Positions 26,301 to 36,900 of a stretch of 64,000 bases of DNA are shown here, piece after piece. How positions within the stretch are numbered: position 1 is the stretch's first letter; the number at the start of each line of letters is the position of its first letter. The position numbers and the translations under genes are program-made. The DNA is from Malacoraja senta. Lineage: Eukaryota. The stretch is from contig CM075995.1 of assembly GCA_038087875.1 (NCBI GenBank), positions 8,062,001-8,126,000 of the forward strand, given 5' to 3'. The notes under the pieces were generated by a model. The model was not told the DNA's origin and did not search any database. It saw only the letters and a program-made list of their open reading frames with translations.

Positions 26301-29300
26301 CACCCCCCAAACACACAGGCGGGGGGAGTGGGGGAGAGGGAGACGGGGTTGGGGAGAGGAGGGGAGGGGGAGAGAAGGAGACGGGGTGGGGAGAGAAGAG
26401 GGGAGGGAGGGGAGGGAGGGAGGGAAGAGGGGGACGGAGGGGAGAGGGGGAGGAGGAAAGGGGAGAGATTGGGGAAGGAGAGGAGATCAGGGTGGGTGAG
26501 AGGGAGGGTGAGGAGAGTTTGGAGTGGGAGGAGGGCGGGGAGGGCAGGAAGGGGGGAGGGGATGGAGGAGGGGAGGGGACGAGGGGGGGAGGGGATGAGG
26601 GGATGAGGGGAAGGGGAGAGGAGTAGGGGGAAGAGAGGGAGAGAGGGAGGGTGGAGGGAGAGAGGTGGGGAGGGAGAGGGGAAGAGTGGGGAGTGCAGAC
26701 CAAGTGCAGACCCGTTGGGTCTGGACACCGAACGTGCGTTTGGGGCGGGGGGCTGTGACGTCACACTAACCACCCGTTGGGTCTGTACCTCCAAAGCAGG
26801 GTTGCGGGGTGTGAATCTGGCACCCACAAACACACACACTCATCACACCCCTTGATATTATATTAATATTTTAAAGACAGAGAGACTGTTGGCGGGCTGT
26901 TTTCCCAACGCGCGTTTGCGGGAGGGGGGGGTGGGCTGCGGCATCACACTCACACTAACCACCCCCCAAACACAGGCGGGGGAGGGTGGAGAGGAAGACG
27001 TGGTGGGGAGAGAAGAGGGGAGAGGGAGATGGGGTGGGGAGAGAAGAGGAGAGGGGGAGGGAGGGGAGGGGGAAGAGGAAAGGGGAGAGATTGGGGAGGG
27101 AGAGGAGATCAGGGTGGGTGAGAGGGAGGGGGAGGAGAGTGGGGAGTGGGAGGAGAGCAGGGAGGGGGGGGAGGGGATGAGGGGAAGGGGAGAGGAGTAG
27201 GGGAAGAGAGGGAGAGAGGGAGGGGGAGGGAGAGGGGTACAGTGGGGAGTGAGGGGCAGAGGGGTAACGGGGAGTGGTGCAAGAGAAAGGGGAAGGGGGT
27301 AGGGGGGAGATGGGGGGTGAAGAGGGTGGAGGAGGGGGAAGAGAGGGTGTGGGAGGGGGAGGAGGGGAAGGAGAGAGGGGGAAGAGTGGGGAGGGGGGTG
27401 TAGTAGGAAAGGGGTAGGGACAGTCCATCTGTTTCCCATTCCCTATCACCCCCAATCCTCTTTCTCTATTGCCACACACGTGACGACGCCCTTCGACACA
27501 GGCTTTGGGGTTGGGGGGGAGGGGCTTGGGCTGTGGGTGCTGCCAAGGCATATGTAAACGGATTCATTTCGATTTGTCACACGTGTCGCAGGGCGTCGCC
27601 ACGTGTGTGGGGGTGATAGGGAATGGGGACATTTCAAAATGTTAAACAAACAGCTCTCAGCAATAGAATGTTAATGAAGGTTCCGTTTTGTGATGTCACA
27701 ATGCCCAATGCTGCGGGGGTTGGGGGGGAGGGGCCGGGGCTTGGGTCGCCGCAAAGGCATATGTAAATGGATCCATTCCGATTGGACATCTGTGACCATT
27801 GTGCATTGTGACATCACACACGGAATCTTTAGTGACATTCTATGGCTGAGCTGTTTTTTTAAACATTTTGAAGTATTTGGTTTTGGGGGGGGGAGAGGTA
27901 TTTTATTTTAAAAACGTGTACATAAACAGGTGAGAATTTAATCAGGAGTGGGTTTATGTAAAGATAAACGTAACTCTTTAGAAACGGTAAAAAATATCGG
28001 CCTTTCCGCGCGCCGCGTGGGCCAGGGGCCGTATCAAAGGCCGCGCGGCAAAGTCAAGCAGGCCGTCGGACGTACAGACGGACGACACACACAGAGTTTT
28101 ATATAATAACTAGACCAAGTGCAGACCCGTTGGGTCTGGACACCGAACGTGCGTTTGCGGGTGGGGGGGGTGCTGTGGCGTCACAGTAACCACCCCCTTT
28201 GCTCCAAAGCACGGTTGTGGGGTGGGAATCTGGCACCCACGAACACACACACTCATAACAACCCTTGATATTATCTTAATTTTTTAATTTGCTTCTTTTA
28301 TCCCATCTCCACCCTATCCACTGACGAATAGCCCTCACCTCTCAGGTGCGTCTAGAGGGGGGGGGGCAGAGAGTGAAAATTTAATGTTAGAATTAAAAAA
28401 AATTGAAGAATGGGAGGGAGGAGGGTGGAGAGGAAGGGGGGAGGAAGGGGTGCGAGGAAGGGGGATAGAGAGGTGGGTGTGGAGAGAGGAAGGAGAGGAT
28501 GTTGGAGATAGGTGAAGGGGGGTGTTTTGAGCTTGTGTTCATGGAGTTAAGCTGCGGGCTGTGAAGAGAGAAGGGCAGAGAGAGAGAGAGAGAGAGAGGG
28601 GAGAGACAGAGAGACTGGTACACTCAAAAAAGGTGGTGAAATTCAGCGGGTACAGCCGTGTCTATGGAGCGAAGGAAATAGGCAATGTTTGTGGCTGAAA
28701 CCCATCTTCAGACGTGTTTTGTTATGAAACATTGCCTATTTCCTTCGATCCAAAGATGCTGCTGCACCCGCTGAGTTTATACTTCATTTTTTTGTTTACC
28801 TTGCGTTTGGGGGGGGGGGGGGGCTGCGGCTGCAGCATCACACTCACACTAACCACCCCCCAAACACACAGCGGGGGAGTGGGGGAGAGGGAGACGGGGT
28901 TGGGGAGAGGAGGGAGGGGGAGAGAAGGAGACGGGGTGGGGAGAGAAGAGGGGAGGGAGGGGAGGGAAGAGGGGGACGGAGGGGAGAGGGGGAGGAGGAA
29001 AGGGGAGAGATTGGGGAAGGAGAGGAGATCAGGGTGGGTGAGAGGGAGGGTGAGGAGAGTTTGGAGTGGGAGGAGGGCGGGGAGGGCAGGAAGGGGGGAG
29101 GGGGGGAGGGGATGAGGGGGGAGGGGATGAGGGGATGAGGGGAGGAGGATAGGGGGAAGAGAGGGATAGAGGGAGCGTGGAGGGAGAGAGGTGGGGAGGG
29201 AGAGGGGACGAGTGGGGAGTGCAGACCAAGTGCAGACCCGTTGGGTCTGGACACCGAACGTGCGTTTGGGGCGGGGGGCTGTGACGTCACACTAACCACC

Positions 29301-31482
29301 CGTTGGGTCTGTACCTCCAAAGCAGGGTTGCGGGGTGTGAATCTGGCACCCACAAACACACACACTCATCACACCCCTTGATATTATATTAATATTTTAA
29401 AGACAGAGAGACTGTTGGCGGGCTGTTTTCCCAACGCGCGTTTGCGGGAGGGGGGGGTGGGCTGCGGCATCACACTCACACTAACCACCCCCCAAACACA
29501 GGCGGGGGAGGGTGGAGAGGAAGACGTGGTGGGGAGAGAAGAGGGGAGAGGGAGATGGGGTGGGGAGAGAAGAGGAGAGGGGGAGGAGGGGAGAGGGGGA
29601 AGAGAAAGGGGAGAGATTGGGGAGGGAGAGGAGATCAGGGTGGGTGAGAGGGAGGGGGAGGAGAGTGGGAGTGGGAGGAGAGCAGGGAGGGCAGGGAGGG
29701 GGGGAGGGGATGAGGGGAAGGGGAGAGGAGTAGGGGGAAGAGAGGGAGAGAGGGAGGGGGAGGGAGAGGGGTACAGTGGGGAGTGAGGGGCAGAGGGGTA
29801 ACGGGGAGTGGTGCAAGAGAGAGGGGAAGGGGGTAGGGGGGAGATGGGGGTGAAGAGGGGTGGTGGAGGGAAGAGAGGGTGTGGGAGGGGAGGGATGGGT
29901 AGAGCAAGAGGGGGAAGAGTGGGGAGGGAGAGTTGAAGTAGGAGGGGGTAGGGACAGTCCATCTGTTTCCCATTCCCTATCACCCCCATCCTCTTTCTCT
30001 ATTGCCACACACGTGACGACGCCCTTCGACACAGGCTGTGGGGGTGGGGGGAGGGGCTGGGGCTGGTGCTGCAGGCATGTGTAAACGGATTCATTCTGAT
30101 TGGACATCTTTGAGCATTGGGCATTGTGACATCACAAAACGGAACCTTCATTAACATTCTATTGCTGAGAGCTGTTTTTTTTTAACATTTTGAAATTTCC
30201 CCATTCCCTATCCCCCCCACACACGTGGCGACGCCCTTCGACACAGGCTTTGGGGTTGGGGGGGAGGGGCTTGGGCTGTGGGTGCTGCCAAGGCATATGT
30301 AAACGGATTCATTCCGATTTGTCACACGTGTCGCAGGGCGTCGCCACGTGTGTGGGGGTGATAGGGAATGGGGACATTTCAAAATGTTAAACAAACAGCT
30401 CTCAGCAATAGAATGTTAATGAAGGTTCCGTTTTGTGATGTCACAATGCCCAATGCTGCGGGGGTTGGGGGGAGGGGCCGGGGCTTGGGTCGCCGCAAAG
30501 GCATATGTAAATGGATCCATTCCGATTGGACATCTGTGACCATTGTGCATTGTGACATCACACATGGAATCTTTAGTAACATTCTATGGCTGAGCTGTTT
30601 TTTTAAACATTTTGAAGTATTTGGTTTGGGGGGGGAGAGGTATTTTATTTTAAAAACGTGTACTTAAACAGGTCAGAATTTAATCAGGAGTGGGTTTATG
30701 TAAAGATAAACGTAACCTCTTTAGAAACGGTTAAAAAATATTCGGCCTTTCCGCGCGCCGCGTGGGCGTCGGGCCGTATCAAAGGCCGCGCGGCAAAGTC
30801 AAGCAGGCCGTCGGACGTACAGACGGACGACACACACAGAGTTTTATATAATAACTAGACCAAGTGCAGACCCGTTGGGTCTGGACACCGGACGTGCGTT
30901 TGCGGGTGTGGGGGGGGCGCTGTGGCGTCACAGTAACCACCCCCTTTGCTCAAAAGCACGGTTGCGGGGTGGGAATCTGGCACCCACGAACACACACACT
31001 CATAACAACCCTTGATATTATCTTAATTTTTTAATTTGCTTCTTTTATCCCATCTCCACCCTATCCACTGACGAATAGCCCTCGCCTCTCAGGTGCGTCT
31101 AGAGGGGGGGGGCCAGAGAGTGAAAATTTAATGTTAGAATTAAAAAAATTGAAGAGGGGGAGGAGGAGGGTGGAGAGGAAGGGGGGAGAGAGTAAGGGGT
31201 GCGAGGAAGGGGGATAGAGAGGTGGGTGTGGAGAGAGTAAGGAGAGGATATTGGAGATAGGTGAAGGGGGGTGTTTTGAGCTGGTGTTCATGAGTTAAGC
31301 TGCGGGCTGTGAAGAGAGAAGGGCAGAGAGAGAGAGAGAGGGGAGAGACAGAGAGACTGGGTACACTCAAAAAAGGTGGTGAAATTCAGCGGGTGCAGCC
31401 GCGTCTATGGAGCGAAGGAAATAGGCAATGTTTGTGGCTGAAACCCATCTTCAGACGTGTTTTGTTATGAAACATTGCCTAT
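23360..31482 (-). repeat. Block of long (type B, ~2.2-2.75 kb) composite Helitron units with G/A-rich tracts
   Basis: Junction spacing 2203, 2547, 2745 bp, with a fourth unit running into the gap. Module order is largely shared. Confidence 0.8.
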
Positions 31483-31682
31483 NNNNNNNNNNNNNNNNNN
31501 NNNNNNNNNNNNNNNNNNNNNNNNNNNNNNNNNNNNNNNNNNNNNNNNNNNNNNNNNNNNNNNNNNNNNNNNNNNNNNNNNNNNNNNNNNNNNNNNNNNN
31601 NNNNNNNNNNNNNNNNNNNNNNNNNNNNNNNNNNNNNNNNNNNNNNNNNNNNNNNNNNNNNNNNNNNNNNNNNNNNNNNNNN
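31483..31682. other. Assembly gap (200 N, true size unknown)
   Basis: Run of N. Confidence 1.
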
Positions 31683-31799
31683 ACCCCCTCCTCTCCCTGA
31701 TCCACCCCTCCCACGACACTTTCCAACCTGCTTTGAGCCGACCATTTCGAGAGGGAGGGAATGGGCGGCTTAAAATGGCCACCATGAAGTCTTTTTGAC

Positions 31800-32430
31800 T
31801 GGGGAGGGGAGGGGGTGAGATGAGGGGGAGAGAGGGAAGGGGAGAGAGGGAAGAGGAGAGGGGGAAGGAAAAAAAAGGGGTAGAGAGAGAAGGGGGGAGA
31901 GGGAGGGGAGAGAGAGATAGGGAGAGAGAGAGAGAGGAGGGGAGAGAGAGAAGGGGGGAGAGAGAAGGGGAGAGAGAAGGGGAGAGAGAGAAGGGGAGGG
32001 GAGAGAGAGAAGGGGAAAGAGAAGGGGAGAAAGAGAGGGAGAGAGAGAGAGAAGAGGGGAAAGAGAAGGGGATAAAGAGAGGAAGAGAGAGAAGGGGAGA
32101 GAGGAAAGGGGAGAGAGAGAAGATGAAAGAGAAGGGGAGAAGGAGAGGGGGGAGAGAGTAGGGGAGAGAGGGGAGAGAGGGAAGGGGAGAGAGGGAAGGG
32201 GAGAGAGAGGGGGGAGATAAAAAGAAAAGGGAAGAGAGAAGGGGGAGAGGGAGGGGGAGAGAGAGACAGGGAGAGACAGGGGAGAGAGAGAAGTGGTGAG
32301 AGAGAAGGTGAGAGAGAGAAGGGGAGAGAGAGAGGGGAAGAGAGAGAGGGAGGGAGAGAGAGGGAGGGAGAGAGAGGGGGAGAGATAGATGGAGAGTGAG
32401 AGAGCGGGAGATAGATGGGGAGAGATGGGG
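31800..32430. repeat. Polypurine (GA-rich) low-complexity tract
   Basis: Almost exclusively G/A on the + strand. Similar tracts at 32651-32885 and (CT-rich) 33490-33765. Confidence 0.9.
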
Positions 32431-32531
32431 GCAAGAGTTAGAAAAGTAATCTAATTCGCTCCCCCCCTCCATCCCCAACCCAACCCCTTCAACCTCCCCC
32501 CCCCCCCACCACCACCCACCTCTCTCTTCAC

Positions 32532-32647
32532 CTGCATAATGGAGGGGAACATCTTTATCAATGGCGAAAAGTGGTGGATTTAGCAAGATAGTTTTGTCAT
32601 TCTCCATCACTATTCCTTGGTCTCAGTCCATGGCTTGTGCTTGTTAG
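32532..32647 (-). pseudogene. CLSTN3: Calsyntenin-3-like exon 2 with an apparent 7-nt frameshifting deletion (pseudogenised copy or assembly error)
   Basis: Acceptor CCCACAG| and donor GCAG|GTGAAG. Encodes (A)NKHKPWTE, then after a frame change QGIVMENDKTILLNPPLFAIDKDVPLHYA(G). This matches the calsyntenin N-terminal cadherin region, closest to CLSTN3 as I recall it. 116 nt versus 123 nt expected in frame; the uncorrected frame hits TAG. Confidence 0.8.
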
Positions 32648-33766
32648 CTGTGGGAAGGGAGGGAGGGAGAGAGATAGAGAGAGGGAGGGAGAGAGAGAGG
32701 GAGGGAGGGAGAGAGAGAGGGAGGGAGGAAGAGAGAGAGGAAGGGAGGAGGAAGAGAGAGAGGGAGGGAGGGTGAGAGTGAGGGGAGAGAGAGAGGGCGA
32801 GAGAAAAGGGGAGAGAGGGGGAGAAATGGAGAGAGCGGGAGGGAGGGTGGAAGAGAGAGAGGGAGGGAGGGAGGGAGGGAGGGAGAAAGCAGAAATAAAC
32901 ATTAAATGAGCACATCTGCATTGACTACCAGAATAAAACATCTGTACAACCCCCACCCTCTCATCCGCCTGGATGGCGACAGGATCTCGATCGGTTCACA
33001 ACTTCCGGGAGCAGAATGAGGCCATTCGGCCCATCAAGTCCATTCCGCCATTCAATCACGGGTGATTTATCTCTCCGTCCATCCCCATTCTCCTGCCTTC
33101 TCCCCACAACCCTCTGACGCCCGTACCAATCAACTATCTATCTATCTCTCTATCTCTGCCTTAAAAACACCCACTGACTTCGCCTCCACCGCCTTCTGTG
33201 GCAAAGAATCCCACAGATTCACCATCCTCTGGCTAAAGAAACACCTCCCCATCTCCTCCCTAATACAGAGAAAGTGTGAGGCGTCGCATTTGGGAAAGGT
33301 GAACGTGGGCAGGACCTACACAGTGAATGGTGGGTCTCTGTGGAGCACATGGGGCAGAGAGGGGTCTCCGTTAGAGATGGGGGTCAATTAAACGGGCAGC
33401 ATCAGCATCTCTGGAGAAAAGGCATGGGTGACGTTTCGGGTCAAGACCTTCAGACTGAAAGTGTCTCCTTGTCTCCATTTGCATCACCTTCTCTCTGCCT
33501 CTCCATCCCTCTCTCTCTCCTTCCTTCCCTCCTTCACTACTCTCTCCATCCCTCCCTCCTCTCTTCCACATCTGTACACATCATCCTTTCTCTCCCTCCA
33601 TCTTTCTCTCCCTCCCTCTCTCCCCCTTCCCATCCCTCCCTCCCTCCCTCGCTCTCCCACATCTGTACATATCATCCTTTCTCTCCATCCCTCTGTCCCT
33701 CTCCCTCCATTCTTCCCTCTCTCTCCATCGCTCCCTCCCTCCTTCCTCCATCCCTCCCTCCTTCAC

Positions 33767-33830
33767 CTTTGGTGCAAAGAGCAGCCACCAGGAGGGACCA
33801 AACCACCGCTGTCCAGATGTTGAGATTCAT
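33767..33830 (-). CDS. CLSTN3: Calsyntenin-3-like coding exon 1 (signal peptide)
   Basis: ATG at 33830 gives MNLNIWTAVVWSLLVAALCTK + G, then donor AAG|GTGAAG. Phase 1 splices in frame to exon 2 (A-NKHKPW). Confidence 0.75.
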
Positions 33831-33916
33831 CTTTTCAGCAACAATTAAACATTCAATCCCAGAATAAAAATATTTTTCTCAGTGCAAAGGAAACCTCTTC
33901 CGGGTGTGTGGAACGG

Positions 33917-36900
33917 GACCCTAAAACGTCTCCTATTCCTTCGCTCCATAGATGCTGCCTCACCCGCTGAATTTCCTCAGCTTATTTGTCTACCTCAGAT
34001 TCCTATTAAATCTTTCCCCTTCACCTTAAACCAATATCCTCTGGTCCTCAATTCCCCTGCTCTGGGCAAAAGACTCTGTGCGTCTACCCGATCTATTCCT
34101 ATCATGATTTTGTACACCTCTATAAGATCATCCCTCATCTTCCTGCGCTCCAAGGATTTAAAGTTATAATGCACTATAATACATATGCACCATAATACAA
34201 CATAATACACTATGACACATGATTTTTAACACACCCAAATACAATATAACACACTATAATACAAAATGTGGTTGATGCTCCTCACCAAGATGGTCGCCAT
34301 CGCTACAAACGCCCCTCACCAATATGGCTTCCGTACTCTTCAGTCACAGTCACTTCCACTAATTGCCCTGCACGAAGATGGCAGCAGCCTCCCCTCAGTC
34401 ATTCACTTGATGCAAATGCCCCACACCAAGATGGCTGCCTCAGTCACACTCACTCCCTGCTGATGCCTTGCAGTGTCGTTTGTGACCCCCACCCGGTCAT
34501 ACGGTGATGCCGGGTGGGACCGTGATGCTGGGTGGGACGGTCGAGCCCGTGGGGAACGACGAAGGAAGAGAGGGGGGGCAGGGCTGGGGAGGGGAGTCAC
34601 AGAGTCACACAGATTCACCACCCTCTGCCTAAAGAAATTCCTCCCCATCTCCTTTCTAAAGGAACGCCCTTTAATTCTGAGTATGCCTTCTGGTCCGAGA
34701 CTCTCCAACTAGTGGAAACATCCCCTCCACATCCACTCTATCCAAGTCTTTCACTATTCGGGAAAGTTTTATTGAGGACCCTCCCCTCCTCCTCCTCATT
34801 CTTCTAAACTCCAGCGAATCCAGGCCCAATGCAGACAAATGCTCATCGTACATTAACCCACTCATTCTTGGGATCGTTCTTGTAAACCTCCTCTGGACCC
34901 TCTGCAGTGCCAAGCACATCCTTCCCTCAGATATGGGACCCAAAACTGCTCACAATGGCCCATGTCCCTCTAACCTGTCCTATCCATGTACCTGTCCAAG
35001 TATCTTTTAAACATTGTAATAGTCCTTGCCTCAACTACCTCCTCTGGCAGCTTGTTCCATACACCCACCCTCTGTGTGGGAAAAGTTACACCTCAGATTC
35101 CTATGTTCAGAAAGAAACTGCAGATTCTGAAAAATCGAAGGTAGAAAAACCTGGAGAAACTCAGCGGGTGAGGCAACATCTATGGAGCAAAGGAATAGGC
35201 GACGTTTCAGGGTCGAGACCTTTCTTTAGACTGAAGAAGGGTCAGTCTGAAGAATAGACAAAAGATGCAGTAGGCCATTCGCCTCTTCGAGCCACCACCG
35301 CCATTCAATGTGATCATGGCTGATCATCCACAATCAGTACCCCCGTTCCTGCCTTCTCCCCATATCTCCTGACTCCGCTATCTTTAAGAGCCCTATCAAG
35401 CACTCTCTGAAAGTATCCAGAGAACCGGCCTCCACTGCCCTCTGAGGCAGAGAATTCCACAGACTCAAAACTCTCTGTGTGAAAAAGTTTCCTCATCTCT
35501 GTTCTAAATGCATTACCCCTTATTCTTAACTGTGGCACCTTGTTCTGGACTCCCCCAACATCGGGAATGGTCTCGACCTGAAAAGTCTCCTATTCCTTCA
35601 CTCCATAGCTGCATCATCACCCGCTGAATTTCTGCAGCTTTTTTGTCTACCTCAGATTCCTATTAAATCTTTCCCCTTCACCTGAAACCGATGTCCTCTG
35701 GTCCTCAATTCCCCTGCTCTGGCAAAAGACTCGGTGCGTCTACCCCGATCTATTCCTATCATGATTTTGTACACCTCTATAAGATCATCCCTCATCTTCC
35801 TGCGCTCCAAGGATTAAAGTCATAATGCACTATAATACATAACGCACCATAATACAATATAATACACTATGACACATGATTTTTAACACACCCAAATACA
35901 ATATAACACACAATAATACAAAATGTGGTTGATGCTCCTCACCAAGATGGTCGCCATCGCTACAAACGCCCCTCACCAATATGGCTTCCGTACTCTTCAG
36001 TCACAGTCACTTCCACTAATTGCCCTGCACGAAGATGGCAGCAGCCGCCCCTCAGTCATTCACTTGATGCAAATGCCCCACACCAAGATGGCTGCCTCAG
36101 TCACACTCACTCCCTGCTGATGCCCTGCAGTGTCGTTTGTGACCCCCACGCGGTCGTACGGTGATGCCGGGTGGGACCGTGATGCTGGGTGGGACGGTCG
36201 AGCCCGTGGGGAACGACGAAGGAAGAGAGGGGGGGCAGGGCTGGGGAGGGGAGTCACAGAGTCACACAGATTCACCACCCTCTGCCTAAAGACATTCCTC
36301 CCCATCTCCTTTCTAAAGGAACGCCCTTTAATTCTGAGTATGCCTTCTGGTCCGAGACTCTCCCACTAGTGGAAACATCCCCCACATCCACTCTATCCAA
36401 GTCTTTCACTATTCGGGAAAGTTTTATTGAGGACCCTCGCCTCCTCCTCCTCATTCGTCTAAACTCCAGCGAATCCAGGCCCAATGCAGACAAATGCTCA
36501 TCGTACATTAACCCACTCATTCTTGGGATCGTTCTTGTAAACCTCCTCTGGACCCTCTGCAGTGCCAAGCACATCCTTCCCTCAGATATGGGACCCAAAA
36601 CTGCTCACAATGGCCCATGTCCCTCTAAACCTGTCCTATCCATGTACCTGTCCAAGTATCTTTTAAACATTGTAATAGTCCCTTGCCTCAACTACCTCCT
36701 CTGGCAGCTTGTTCCATACACCCACCCTCTGTGTGGAAAAGTTACACCTCAGATTCCTATGTTTCAGAAAGAACTGCAGATTCTGGAAAAATCGAAGGTA
36801 GAAAAAACCTGGAGAAACTCAGCGGGTGAGGCAACATCTATGGAGCAAAGGAATAGGCGACGTTTCAGGGTCGAGACCTTTCTTTAGACTGAAGAAGGGT

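Larger units (their letters stand above)
1298..31482 (-). mobile_element. Head-to-tail tandem array of non-autonomous Helitrons (at least 18 units, 0.45-4.9 kb each)
   Basis: On the - strand units 3-18 end CAGACCC-AAC-GGGTCTG hairpin + CACTT(G)GT + CTAG; units 1-2 carry variant hairpins. CTAG positions: 1298, 1935, 2953, 3641, 4412, 6385, 9079, 9531, 14435, 17925, 18554, 19197, 19837, 20477, 23360, 25563, 28110, 30855. Every CTAG except 1298 is followed by the next unit's AT-rich 5' end ([TC]TAT..AAAACTCT). No RepHel ORF. Confidence 0.85.

Noticed and set aside
2953..30880. CRISPR-like reading of the repeated hairpin motif
   Set aside because: Eukaryotic context, kilobase homologous spacers and no cas genes; the ends match Helitron termini.
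31683..31800. Possible decayed CLSTN3 exon 3 (RLHG and EGWIR-like words on the - strand)
   Set aside because: Matches are short and in different frames, so they cannot be distinguished from chance.
2088..33870. Many long Pro/Ser/Leu- or Gly/Arg/Glu-rich ORFs
   Set aside because: Stop-poor translations of purine/pyrimidine tracts and minisatellites, open in several frames.
34266..34570. snRNA gene behind the octamer motif
   Set aside because: No recognisable U1/U2/U4/U5/U6/7SK/Y sequence or clear PSE.
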